Assembly: GCA_973895155.1 (NCBI GenBank) | Contig: OZ316893.1 | Location: forward strand, 6,021,139 to 6,085,138 | Direction of reading: 5' to 3' | DNA length: 64,000 bases | Origin: Marsupella aquatica | Taxonomy: Eukaryota > Plantae > Marchantiophyta | Part shown: one piece after another, positions 35,801 to 49,129 of the stretch | How positions within the stretch are numbered: the first letter of the stretch is position 1 | How the letters are laid out: each line of letters opens with the position of its first letter | Notes under the pieces: generated by a model | The model's input: only the letters and a program-made list of their open reading frames with translations | Databases searched by the model: none | What the model was told of the DNA's origin: nothing | Made by a program: the position numbers and the translations under genes

Positions 35801-37796
35801 TACCGATCCATCGTTGGGGTTAACACAAAATCATAGATGAGTAGCAAATGAAAGGTCAATTAAAGCAATCGCTTACGTGTAGTGAGACCTGTGTTCCGGA
35901 ATAAAACTCTTCCCAACGCCTCGATTATCGAAAGTGCAGACTTCGATTCCATTTCCGATATCTTCTCTTATGTTCCCCCTCTCGCTGCCGCTACTGTCCC
36001 CCATGCAGGACGAGAGAAGCCCATCCTCCTCCGAAAACAACGTTTCGTGACTCTCTGAGCAGTTATCGTCCGCTCCCCTGTTTCCGATCTCTACGTCCTC
36101 CTCTTCCTCTTCGTGAGGTATGTCCGTGCCACAAAGACCCTTCACTTGTGGGCCCCAAGATTGATGGTTCCCTGCCAAACCTGGTCATTACAACGGCATC
36201 CAACACCGCCTTGTCAGTGAGAACTTCAAATTCACACTTTAGCATATTCGAGGTCCAGACCTTTATTATTGACTGCGTTCATCTCTTTTTGGTTATCCTC
36301 GGATTGCAAGCAGACTTGTGAGCTCGTGCAGGCAAAAGAATTTATTTAGTGTTGCAACCGACTCACTAAGAAGGGTATTCGTACTATACCATCCGGGTTC
36401 CTCTTCAGAGATCTCTTATGTTGACTTGAAGAAGAGGAATGTCAACCGATCACGCAGGGCAGAGTATACTCTAGATGGTGCGAGTTTGAGGCCCACGAAT
36501 GAGAATATCCATGGCTTTACCCTCCGGATTTTGCTGCCTGCTGTTCCAGCTCTGCTTCGTATTATTGCCGTCGATTTCATGAGTGGATAGAAAAGGAGAG
36601 GCAGGCAGCCGATGGGTGGCCTCCTCTGGTCCTACAAACGTGGGAATTGACATTTACTTGATTGACCACAAACTCGGACTTGTGTTGTGCTGGTCTAAAG
36701 TTGACATGTGAGCGGGCTCTAATTGATTGACCATCCGGTACACCCTCGCAAAAGTTCGCATTAGTTCCTATTCATGGAATTCAACAACATTTTCGCCGTC
36801 GATGGACAATTGTATGAAATCGGTACGAGAACAGGTTCTTGGACTAAAAGGAATTTCATTAAGCTTATGCATACTTGTTCTCTTAGAATGCAGAGTTCTG
36901 CCGTCCATCTCTCGTGTCCTCACTCCAGAGAAGGACCCTCGTAGCCATTCCCTGGACTCTGACGTTGACTTACACAGAGACGCTCTCCATGTGTCTCTGT
37001 CATCGCGTGGGTGACCATCGCCATTCAAATGACATCCTGCCAGAAATGGGTTTGCTGATGTAATCTTCACTCACTAGTCATCCAATTAGCTCTGGATTTG
37101 TATTCAAAGGCAAAGGATAGCATCCTCTGTATTGTTAACAGTAACCTGATAATCTGCTCTAGATCTTCTCTGACCGCACATGTCTTCCAGATCATCATTT
37201 TGACATCCGGTGCCCACAAAGGAACAAAATACCTGCAAATGAGCGGGTGCACAGGGATGGCACATCGCACCCATAATCGATCATGTACAAGAGGTCCTTC
37301 GTGCAGAAAGTACTGCATGCTTATCTAGCTTTCACTTGACATTTGGAACCTACAACAGAAATGCACTGAAATACTCCAAGCCCAAGGCTGGATAATCTCA
37401 CCTGTAATCCAAAAGACTTCTGAGGAATTCAACTCACTGACCATGCCAAACAACAGAAGAATTGGGATTAAGTCAACACAACCTGCCCTCAGATTGGCCA
37501 CTGGTCATCCTACCCTCTTCTACAACATCGCTCGGATTGCGCTCACTGACACATACATTCAGTTGGTACTTCAGATCTTACTTCAGAAAATCATCAAATT
37601 ACCTACAGAATTCTTCTCAGAAAGATGGATCGAGGATGTCACCTATAATCATCAAAACTTTGGTAGGTCCGTGGCCGTATCGCTGATAAAAAATGCTGAA
37701 ACTTTCTTCATCCTTAGACCACTCAGTCACCCCCTTGGATCCATCTGTACTCACGATTGTTTCCGCTTTGGATGTTCCAATCTTACAGTATGGCAT
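32856..37796 (-). CDS. Alpha/beta-hydrolase fold protein, about 10 coding exons (approx. 37796-37643, 36180-35877, 35723-35641, 35499-35399, 34975-34880, 34625-34572, 34186-34038, 33721-33603, 33192-33101, last exon near 32880-32856)
   Basis: MPYCKIG start, GHGPTKVLMIIG|LAG, FDNRGVG, nucleophile elbow GHSMG|GMIA, acid HGRGDVIA and His motif LHGGHLV. GT-AG phases are consistent. The last acceptor is ambiguous. Confidence 0.88.
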
Positions 37797-40700
37797 TCTC
37801 ACCCTTTTCTTCACGAAATTGACCTGCTCTTCCTCTTGCAGCGGTAAAATTGCACACAGGAAATTGCTTCCTCTCCTCCTGCCCTTTCTGCTCCTCCTCT
37901 TAGTTTCTGTTACATAGACTTGTTGCCGTCCTTGTGATTTCTTCTACCATCACACTTCTGATTTCTTCTCCTCCAGCCTCTCCAGGACAAAATTGCTCTA
38001 TGTTTACATCCAATGCGGTCTCTGCCGCCTGCAATTCCAGTGTCACTGGCGCTCCCGAGAAGCTCGTTCTAGTGACGATGCTCTTAGATTCTGTGAGTGC
38101 TTGAAGATCGTTAAAGTTCTGGTCAGTCGCCTTTAGCACAGCCTGAAGGTACTGCGAGAGGAGCTCATATGTTGGAGCTGGATGGAGAATCTGAAAAAAG
38201 CTCCACTGTGGAATCACGACAGACATAAGACCGCGGCTGGGCATCAAAACTTAATAATATGCGACCTTTCGTCCTTACTTTCGTCGGTCATGCTCGGCCG
38301 GAGGTACTTATGCAGCTAAAGGTACTGCGTCCTTTCTCCAATCGCCAAGTCCCTCTGAATCTCCTCTCCCTCCCCCTCAGGCTCTCACCCTCTCCCCTGA
38401 ATTATGTGAGAGACCAAGAGTTGTCCCAGAGGCTAGGCCCTGTTTGGTTGGAAGCTGCTGTAGCTGCTAGACAACAGAAACCGCCGTGGATTGCTAGCAC
38501 GACCTCCTCATATGCAGACAGATCTGCACAATTGCAAACCAATTTTCATCCATTCTATCCTCATGACGTGGAGAGCGGGTTCTGCGGCTCGTCGACGACG
38601 ACGGAGGGCGAGATGACGCGCAGCGAATAAAAAAGAGGCAGCAGAGCAGGTCCAAAGACCCGAGGTCAGGATTCAAAGTCGGATTCTGGACACTTTTGAG
38701 ATAACTGCTGAATCTCCGAGTGCGCGCACTGAAGTTCAACGCTGCTCTAATGCGCCTGGTGGGGCTCTTCGGGATCTAGACCTCCGTCCACTTTCCCGCT
38801 GAATCACGCTGAATAGGATTCATGGGAATCAGCTGGCGAGGAGGAGAAAAAGGTGGGAGAACACGAGAATGGAGGTCCTGGGCGTGGGGTCATCCTCAGC
38901 TGGGACCGGAATTGGGTCAATCAATCAAAAGAATAAAAATAGAAATCTCTATGGCGAATGAATGAGCAGAATGCATGTTTCACAAGGAGAAAAGGATCAA
39001 TGGACTTCTTCGTCTCTGCAGCAGCTCTCAGCTCCATTCACAGTCTTCGTGCGGCAGTCAACTCGATGGATGCGGCTGATTCAAACGCGTATGACCTAAC
39101 CCGGGTTGTCGGAACCTTAGTCAGAATAACTGCGGTTACAGTGAACTCTAGTTTCTCGATTGCGGCTTGTGTCAGTTCTGACCACTGCCTGTCTGCCGCG
39201 TGTGGGTCTGGTGCAGGACCGCCAATTCCAGACTGTGTCAAGTCCCCAGCCCCGAGTTCGAACTCTACTGGACAGTTTGATAATCAAACTCGTGGCACAG
39301 GAGAATGCCCCTTATTTGAAAGCCGCCCTGCACGAGAGGACCCTTAATTAATAAAATGCCACCTTTTCCACTTTAGTTTTTATTATTTTTAGTTTTTTTA
39401 CTGAAGCACTTCATTGGAAAAGGTCTCCCGTATGCCAAAACGCCCCCACGGACCTCTGGCAAGTGTCACATTTGACTCGGATTACAGTTTTGATTTGAAG
39501 TGTGACCTGTAAAACGAGTGATAACGTTACCTGATTTGAAATGTGACCTGTAAAACAAGCGATACCCATTAGCTCTAAAACGAGTGATACCCATTGCACC
39601 CGTTGCAGGCAGTTTTCTGGCTACCATAATTAACTCTGTAAGTTGAACCCAAAACTATCCAAATTGATTAAGGTACCCTAGAACGAAATTAATCACTTAA
39701 GTTGCCCTCATCCATTAATGTTAGCTGCACATTCCAACTACTTGAGCCAAAATAAGTCCCTGCGCCTCCCTCCCCCCCCCCAAGGTTCACGGTGGCCTCC
39801 TCACAGACTCCCATTGCTGATTATAACAAGTTAAGGGATAGGTAAGCTGTTGCACTCTGCCACTCTCCCACCCAAAGTGACTGTAAGGACTGCACACTCC
39901 ATCAGAATGGAAAGGTCCTTGTGCATCCGAGCTTCCTTTCCAAGTCTAGACAGAAGGAAATAAAGCATTAGCAGTGGAAAATCATGAAATATATATGGAG
40001 CTTAACTAGGAAAAGGAAAGACTTAAAGCTATCCTCTTGTAGTGGGGGGAAATATCACTAGTCTTTTCAATGAGTTATGGGTCATGGCATATGACCAATC
40101 TTAGTAGCAAACAGTTAAGGGTTATGAATCAATTCATAACTTTTCTATGAGTAACTTGCTAATTTAAAGTCAATCACGTTTTAAGGTTCGAGGACCCCTA
40201 GCATCGAAAGAGTCTAACATAAGTTAGTGCGCAAGGATTTGACTCATGGAATACTCAATCATTACGCACCCACAACTAATTCTGCCTGGCAGAGTGGCAG
40301 AACAACATTGTGGACTATAATTGAACACTGCCATAGTGACATTATTAGCCCCCAAGTCCTTGATCTTGTCGCTAGCAGTGGCGCTGGAGCACATGGCAAT
40401 AGAAGACTGGTAAGTCAAAGTCACTCACAGTTGGTGAGCCTTCGGCTAGACAGCATTCCCGCCGCCCAAATGGTTCGAGCCAATTGTGATGATTGAATGA
40501 CAAAATAAGAGGGCTCACGATTGTGGGTATAAATCCGACCTTGGAACCCTTGTCAAAGTAGCTACGGCACATGGCAACGTCGCTCAGTGGAACCCTTTCC
40601 ACCTTTTTGGCAGTGTCGCCAACCTGCCTTCACCTCTAACATCAAAAGCCTACAGTAGGTTCCCGGCTACAGTCCGTCGTCCCCAAGGACCCCAAGGACC

Positions 40701-42299
40701 CCAAGTGCCCCACAGGCACACATTATCGTCCTTGTCTGCAGTGACCCGACTCTACTGCACATATGTATGGTGATCATAACTTGATTCAGGCAAATAGTAA
40801 ATTCGTTTATGTACCTTTGCTTATGTATAATTTAGTGCCTGTAAGTCTAACAATATATGTCCTTTTTAATTAATATTTCATGTAAATATAATGCAGAAAT
40901 TACGAAGTGAGTGTTTACATCAATATGTTAAGACATTGTTAAATGTACATTTCAAATTATTTATCCAATTAGGTCCAAGTTTTCAAAAATTATGTAATTA
41001 CTACACAAACCAGGATTTGCACTATGGTAGAAACTGTTGTTGAGACTGATTTTTTAACTAGCAAACTGTTACAAGCAAAATCAGAAGAAGATGTATTAAA
41101 GAAAAGCAGCCAAAATCAACCTTGAGCTCTGGTGATAATGGCATGGCTGGTCAAGTTGTGTGGTATTGTATTCTGGATTTCTTATGCATTTTGGCATGTT
41201 AATGTTTGATTTTCCCAAGTTTTACTGCTCAAGTGTGTTACCCATTTTTTTTGCTGAGGGGCGGCATCAATTTTTCCTGCTCAGGGGTCTAACCAAGTCT
41301 TTACCTCCAGCGGTTGTGTTTGTTTGTTGCTGCAAACATTGTTGTTCATGTTTGTGGGAGGTGATGCAACTCCCTGTCAGAAATTTTGCAAAGAATTTGA
41401 CATCCAACAATCACTAGAATGACCAACGCTGTAGGCTGAACCATATAGTTTGCAACAATATTTTGACAATATAGTAAATTATATTGTGCACAATTTGGTT
41501 TGCGGGTCCATTCCAAGAACACAAAAAAATCAGGGCCAACAGCCAAATTATACCTCCTTAACAGTTGCTAGTAACAGTTTCATGAGATGGGCGGAAATTC
41601 AATTCCATCCATGATACCCTGAAAGACTTACATGAGACAGAATGAAATGGTGTCTCTGTAGAAGATTTCTACAAAGATACGTTTTGACTAGATGTACGCA
41701 AAGTCCATGAAAATGTGTAAGCAAGTAGAAATAACTTGCCCCGCCTGGGTATGGCATACCAAGATGCCACTAAGGTACCATAGACCCCAGTTCTGGAAGA
41801 TTCGTAATTCACGCCCTGGGTTTCCATGTCTGACGGCTCAGATCCTATCCTTAGATACCCGAATTTAACAAGGGTTATTTAACTGATTGATTGGCACTGT
41901 TCCGTTGGATGCGGACGTCGTCATTCCCTTTGTCTGCCAATCTTTCCCTTTCCCTGAAGGCCTGAACGAACGGCCCAGGCGTGCCCGGCCGGTCTTCGGC
42001 CCTTGTCCCGACGAATAACGGAAGAGAGCTGTTAGTACCTGAAAGAAAGGCAGGACGAAGCTTACGTAGTTCGACCGTATCTTACGCAGTTGGCCCTATC
42101 TGCATGTCATGCCGTTTCAGTCCTTTTCATTTGGCTTCTCACCACACACATCAGGGCACGTACTCGGCACGCGTTCGAATCTCCGCAGCGGCCGTGCCTA
42201 CGGATTCTACGCGACTACGCCACTATAATTCTGAATCTCCATATTACCGAATACCGAGCGTCCGAGCGTAATGTTTAGGGTTTTTGGCTGGGTGGATAA

Positions 42300-42437
42300 A
42301 TTCTTGACTGTCAAACCTCCCTAGATTTGGGTATGCGTCTGGATAGGCGGGAACCTGGCTATATTGGGCATCAGTGGCAAATACTTTTTTAAGAGAGGTG
42401 GAATCTAGCCAATGTTTGCCACTAAAAAGAATGCGGT
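42300..42437 (+). mobile_element. Partial copy related to the hAT MITE at 54391-54666
   Basis: Shares tgtca..ctccctagattt, agtggcaa, gtggaatctagc and a ctaaaaa-type end; left end not found. Confidence 0.45.
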
Positions 42438-45241
42438 GGGAACTTGGTAGGAGATTCTCAATGGCCGTCTAATTTGGGCCAATTTCAACAACAGCTAACA
42501 TCATTTTCATTGCATTTAGCCTCACAACTATAAATTTTTGAATTGAATTTCCTCCCACTTACCCAAACTGCCCCTCACATTCCAGCTCAATATTTTAGGA
42601 ATGTCACATGCTTAGTTGGGCACCAAAAAAATTCATCTTAATTATTTCTAGCGTAATCCTAATCACCACTACTTGTTAGAAATTGACTCCAGCTCTCAAC
42701 TTTAGTTAGTTTGGCTTTACTAGGGTTAGTTTACCCTGAATTACATAGGATAACATCCACTTAGTTTAGGCCCACACATATCGGCCCCCCTGGGGCTATA
42801 GATTGGGAGAACATTCTCTCCCTTATCTTCACGTGTACTTTCTCATGAGCTATGCCTGGAGCTATGAATTCTTCAGTCATTTTTCTATTGTGATGTTTTT
42901 TTGGTGTGGTGTGAGATTGAGTGCTCTCTGCATTTGCTATTTAGTCTGAGCTGACAATTTTTTGCTATACTAGGGTAACTATGCTTTCACCCAAATCTAT
43001 TTTGCAAAACCCAGGGCCCTGCATCGTGAAGATCCATTTCCCCATGAGAGGATTATTGTGATGAGGATTAAGACTGAGTCGCCCAAATGCAGGCTGAGGA
43101 GACCCCAAGTCTCCACAAAGTCATGTAGACTCTCAGTCCATTTCCTCTTTACACTACAAATTATACACATGAATGACTGTATATTTGTCCCATTTGTTTT
43201 GTTTTTGTTTGCCCCACATAACTACTAATATGTGATAAACAATACTCTCTAGAGCTTATCGTCTAGAGTTCAGAGTCACAAAGCCATTAGGTTGTAACTC
43301 TAGGTGCCGCATGTTTGAAGGTTAGGCAACAGGCGGGGAAAGCAACCACAAGCCTCACCAAAGCTTGGATAGTCAGGCTCATTACTAATCCCCCCTATTA
43401 TGCCATTTGCAACTTGTTATTTGGGTATAGCAACACAAGTGGCATGTCACTATCCCTCTTGACATGCTATTGAAACCAGTGCAACCACCACACCAATTTC
43501 ATGAGCAGTTGAGTCATCCACAGATTGCCCAATTGTTGAATCTTTTCCATCGGTCCAGCTTGGCAGAATCTGCATACTCAACGCTAGCACATGCTCAAAC
43601 TCACCAGATCTAGCACACAAGATTGGATTCTTGGGGGGCTTGGTGGAAGGGGTTTCAATGTTAGTAAAGTCCAGTGGGGACCAAAATTATGGGTGACCAG
43701 TCAATGCCAGTAAAGTAATCTCCAGCCGGTCATTTGAGGTGATGCTCTCACTTTGACTCCCAATTTGGAGAAGTGTTTGTCGAAAGGATTGGGTTGTATG
43801 GCCCATGTTGAGGTGACATGGTCTTGAAACTTGTGTCGGTGGTTATGTGCAGATCATGTTTGAATCCAGTGGTGGACCTCCCACCACGTGCCCGTCCAAA
43901 GTCATTTTTCAGTCTTGAAACAAGTCAAACCTTGCACTAACACGGAACGTTGGGGAAAGTTTTTGTCGACTATACTCCTTGTCATTAGCAACCACTCCCA
44001 TACGAAGTCACATTTACCCTTGTCAGCACAATTGTCGCTCAACGGTCTTTATTATCTGCACAAGCAACCAATTAACCAACTGGTAAGTAACCCGTCTTGA
44101 TCTTGAAACTCCCAGGACCATTGTCTTGCATCAAGATCAACAATTGTTAGTAAGTAAGTTAGCGGATAGAGCCTCCCAGGCCCGCATGGCCTTGCCATAA
44201 GCAGAAGCTAAGGTCGACATCATTGTTTGTCTAGAACAGTCTATCTATTGGATGTTGCCCAAGATTCCCCACTTTCTACCCGTCAATGGCTGACCATCCT
44301 GTCTCCAGGACATGCCCATGGCCCAAACTTGGTTTGTCACAGGCTAGTAGTTACACGCTGGGACCATTCGATTCCTAGTTTTTGGCCACCTCCCGGCCGA
44401 ACCAGGTTTCGCTCAAGCTCTCACCATGGATCGGGACCAGATCTCAACGACAGCCTCTAGAGTCTACTTGGTTCTACCTCCCCAACATCAAGCCCCCATG
44501 AGAACCAAATGCGGCTTGGTCATTGTCCGACTTTGGATCGGCAAGAGAAATTCCCCCCATTGCAAGCCTCAAAACTAAAACCATCAAATACACAATTAGA
44601 GAGCACCATGAGATAGTTTTCTTTATTATCTTACCAATGAGCCCAAGTACTCCCCCAACAGAGATTCAATCGTCGAGTTATGCATGTTTCCGTTCCAAAA
44701 CTCAAAATGATGTATCTCTGTTGATCATGATCAGTTGGAGCTGAGAATCACTCCCCTTGTACATGCTTATGGGAACCTGCCACCCCAGACCAATTGTGGT
44801 CCCCTTGGGGGTCTCACTACATGGGGACCTCCCCATCACCTGCGACGTTTTTAGGCCTTGGACCCCCTAAAATGTAAGAAAAAATAATTATTTTTTAACC
44901 CCTATAAAGTTGGAATATTCTTGGAATATTCCAAAAATTGGATTAAAAAGGCCCTAATGTTCTTATAAGTCTCAAAATTGAATTTAAAAGACCCTATTGT
45001 TCTTCTACAAAAATTCTTAAGTCTTCCCTTACAACCAATAAAATGACCCTATCCTTCGTCGCACATGATATGCCATTTTTGTGGAAGTGAAACCCCCGAG
45101 GTGGTCCCCTATCTTTGGCCCCCTACCAGAGGGTTCGTGGACCTTTAGGGTTCTTAAGTTTTGTCCTTGCTCTTACTAGCCTCCTCTTTGTTAGTTGCGT
45201 CCCTCATGACTATGTTGGTAGCAAATCTGAGAGGGGCTCAA

Positions 45242-46806
45242 TGCTGGAGTTAGGCAACGCCGGAGCGATTACGAGTAGGTGAAAGCCGTATTCACGACAG
45301 TCGCAGAACTCGACTACCTTAACACTTAGCTCCGGCGTCGCTGACTCTGACGCCGAGCTCCCTTATGGTCCAGGCCCGGATAGGCCATCCGGGGAGGACT
45401 TAGCATTGGGAGACTGGTGGGCAATGAGACGTGGCGCTAGCAAAGGCAAGGAGCCAAGCAGGTGACACACACTAAGGACTTAGACTAGCTGAGAGCTGGT
45501 TGGGTCAAGGGGAAATGGGCCAGGCTCAAGGACGATAGTCCGGACCTGTGGATGGACTTTGAGTTCTAAGGGCTTGAGTGTGAGCTCTTCTTGGGCCCAT
45601 GGCCCATGGAGTTGACGCCATGGGCAATGGACGCTTGGGGCGCAAGTTATAGCCCGATCCGGGTGGGGCCAATCGGGGGCCCCAAGCGGCAATGAGACTT
45701 GAGGACCTAGGCATGAGCACTGGGTCGGCCCGATCACAACGGGCTAAGGCACTCCGCTTGCGGATGCCTAACGAAAGAGTTATGGGCATAGCCAGTTGGT
45801 GGCGCGCCCGTTATGCGCGATAGGATCCGGGTTGGAAGCCAAATGTTTAGGAACCAAAGCTGGTCCGGGGGTGGCAGGTCTCCAGAAGCATGTATGAGGA
45901 GTGGCATCTCCCTGGGGGCTAAGGGCGAGCCGAAGTCGTGAGCCGTGGCGGTCGCGACACTAAGGAAAACCGTCAAACGGAAACGATAATATCTTCCCAA
46001 TGGGAAGTCCATTGGAAGACTTCTTGGGTGCGTTGGAAAGCTCTCAAGAAGGGCTATGCCCTCCTGAGCTCAGCTGGGTCTGGGGGCACCATGGGTTCTC
46101 GAGGTTTGCGGATGTTAACTCGCCCGCTTGCCAAATCATGTCGAACAGCAGCCAAGCCGCGTTCAGTCTCCCAAGGGAGCTTGCGTTGGGGAGGCAAGGC
46201 CAATTAGGTGTGGAGGTTGAGTTCCAAGAGTGTTTGGTCCCTAGACCCTTAGTGAGACGAATCGGGAGTTGGTTGCTAGAGTCGAGGCCATTATGGTCCC
46301 GACGTGTTGGGACAAGCTTTAGGACAAGCTACGCTATTTGGGCCATGAGCATGTCCTGGGGTCAGGGCAATCAGTTGGTGATGGATAAGTACGAGGGGGA
46401 ACCCAGGCCGCGCCCAAGGAAGGAGCTGTTCTGGACGAACAGTAGGCGTGGGTTCTGGTTCCGGCTTATGGCATAGGAGGACCTATCGCTAACCTATTTA
46501 CCAATGTCTTTTGTGCTTGAGTTAGGATGCTAGACTTGGCGAGTTCTAGATCCTGAAGGGTTACTTATCGAGGTGCTTGGTCGCTTGTGCAGACAGTGAG
46601 GACCGTTGAGTAGCGGTCGTGTTGGAGAGCAAGTGCAGCTCTTGGTGCGGCTTCATATGGGAAGGGCCGCTGGCAGTGCAAGGAGCACTAGGGTGCTTGC
46701 TCGAGGTATTCCGTGGAGGCGTTCGGGCACCAGGGGCACTTAGGCGTGAGTGCTGGGATTGGTGAGGGCGCTGGGTGGCTAGGTCCACCACTATGACTAA
46801 TCCACA
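45242..46806 (-). mobile_element. Probable solo LTR (~1.56 kb), degenerate
   Basis: TG...CA ends with imperfect inverted termini (TGCTGGAGTTAG / CTAATCCACA). Flanks CTCAA and CTAAA match 4/5. GC-rich interior contrasts with the flanks. Confidence 0.4.
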
Positions 46807-46833
46807 CTAAAAAAATGGGACAACAAGGGAGCA

Positions 46834-49129
46834 TGTTGGATTTTCTAAATGGATCAGATGACTTTAGCTTTGATGGGAATTTTCTTAAATAAAGAGTATG
46901 GAGTAAGGTACTTTATTTAAAAGCTTCAGCTGGATCGATAGTTTTCTTTGATCTAGTAGATAGGAGATTTGGTGAAGTGGTATACTTGTTTGTAAAGTTG
47001 ACACTTGTCCTTGATTCAGTTGTGCCTTCTTATTGTGGCTATGTGGCCTTCCCTTACGTACCTTAAATCTTCCCTTATGCAAGGGGTTCTGGCAGTTGGG
47101 CAAATCTACCTAGATTGTTTTTTAGAAACAATTGGACTTGACTATACTCACGTATTTTAATATAGGGTAGATGAAAAGATGGGAATAAGTAGGTCTATGT
47201 AGATTGTATTTAGGAACAATTGTATTTGAATAGACTTGGCAATCTTACTCATTTAACCTAGGGTAGATGAAAAGGTGGGAAAACTATCAATCTACCACCC
47301 CGACTACCACTCGCCCTATATAAAGGGAAGTGTCCAAGACTTCCACTTTTTGTCAAATTAGAGTCAGTCCCTCCTCTATCACAGTTGTAATAGGTTCATG
47401 GAGTCTGGATTTTAATTTCTTCCCAATTTCATGAGACTTTTTTTTTCCACAAAACGAGGCAAAAACCCCAACCCGCCCAACCCGACAACAAGGCCTCCCG
47501 GGCGCGGGCGGACCGTGGCCAATGGCACACAAAGCCACACACAACCGACTAATCAGGCCAAGGGGCAATAAACGTCCTCCCTTGCAAGCTATGGTTCATG
47601 TCAGTCCACGACACGTTCTCTCTATTGAAGCTATTACTCCTAAAATCCCTATCTCTCCCCTTCCGCTCATACCACCTGAACTGCCCACCAAGGTTGGAAA
47701 GAGACATCCTAGTGTTCTGTTTTTGAGGGCCCTGATGAATCGGGGCAAAACAAGGGCCATGGACCCCATGCGCCCAATTCTTATTCGTCATCATTGTCAT
47801 TCACATTTGGGCATAATGAAACCGGACTGTCAGTCTGTTCCCAAGGTTGGAGAACAGTCTATAGTAAGATTGATCAATGGCAATTCTAAGCTGTTTGCTT
47901 TTCCTTTTGAAGGTGTAGTTGTCCTGCATAAACTTCAAGTGTTGTTTTCTGTGTCGGAGAATCACCCATCCAGGGAGTCTACCCAGATATTGGGAGTAAG
48001 TAGTGGCATTGCGTTCCTTCCAAATGTTGTTGCAAAATTCCATGATAAGAACCAGCCGGCCCGGTTGGCACTTGTGGGTGTGGATGGCATCGCTGATGAC
48101 TTCAAACAAGGAAGTGATGGGAAACCTGAGTGCTGGGGACTGTTGGACGAGATTATGTACCTCCTGCCACCTGGTGGCCACCTTGTTGCAACTGAAAAAC
48201 AAATGTTCGGTGTGCTCAAAGCTCAGGTTGCATCGAGAGCAGATGCCATTACAAACTTTCCAGCAACTGCCTCTACCATTGGTGAAGAAGCCATGATTGA
48301 GTAATCTCCAGATAAAAAATCTTACCTTGGGGATAGACCATTCCTTTCCAGAGTTTCTTCCACTTCTCATGCCAGCTTCTTTGCGTGCCCAGTTGTCCCC
48401 ATCTCCTATTCAGTTTGGTAATGTCCTGTGTCGTGGGGCTTGTGCTCACCCAGATTCTGTTTGGGAAATTAGTGGGTATCGCCCTAAGCACATGCTTCAG
48501 AACAATAGCCCTACCAGCCATAGTCAGAATCCGGTTGGACCAATGGAACAACCTTTTCCTAACTTTCCCTAGCAGGAAATCCGTTTCTTGAGAAGGCCGA
48601 ATCTTGTATCCAATTGGGCATCCCAGGTACTCGATTGTTTCCCCGGGCTGCGCAATATTACAACTAGTATCAGCTAACCAGTCCGGATAGATATCCCCCA
48701 CAAGGAATAAAGGAATGATCCTGGATTTATGAATGTTCAGCAACGCCCCCGAAATCTGTTCATACAGTAAAATAGTGTCCCGAGCCGTACTGAACTCCTC
48801 CTTAGTAGCAGTAAGAAACAGACCGGTGTCGTCTGCGAATAATTGATGGCAAAGCTGGCTCCCATCCGCCAGTGGCATACCTTTGAGTTGCCCGTCTTCC
48901 AATTTCTTCTTAAGCAGCTCCATCAAGGGTTGGGTGGTCAAAGTGAACAGGATAGCAGACAGCGGGCATCCTTGTCGCACATCTTTGCCGAGCATAATAG
49001 GCCTAGTGAACCGTCCGTTGATGTGGACCTTGGATTGGGTGTCAATCACCAAACCTTGAGTCAGAGTAATGACCTTCTCGTCGAAACACCAATTTCATGA
49101 GACTGTCAGTATTTTTTCTTGGGCCAACA
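46834..49129 (+). mobile_element. LTR-like segment (~630 bp of own sequence) interrupted by the LINE
   Basis: TGTTGG...CCAACA termini, upstream purine tract aagggagca and internal CTATATAAAGG. No matching TSD and no partner LTR seen. Confidence 0.45.
47439..49088 (-). mobile_element. 5'-truncated L1-type LINE (end of RT plus zf-RVT region, 3' UTR, poly(A))
   Basis: RT motifs VRQGCPLS, QLFADDT and YLGCP; zf-RVT CSRC...EHTEHLFFSC. T-run at 47438-47446 is the poly(A). Perfect 16-bp TSD ccaatttcatgagact at 47423-47438 and 49089-49104. Confidence 0.92.

Noticed and set aside
31768-40044. CACTACAAGA at 31768 and its reverse complement at 40035-40044 bracket the hydrolase gene (Pack-CACTA?)
   Set aside because: The 3-bp flanks do not match (TAT vs GGG), the match is only 10 bp, and no shared subterminal repeats are seen.
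42700-44800. Possible degraded gag remnant on the minus strand
   Set aside because: Only a weak GQSVDD-like motif; no boundaries or continuous frame to support a call.
47522-48304. 260-aa + strand ORF
   Set aside because: Antisense to the LINE ORF2 and 3' UTR; no recognisable motifs.
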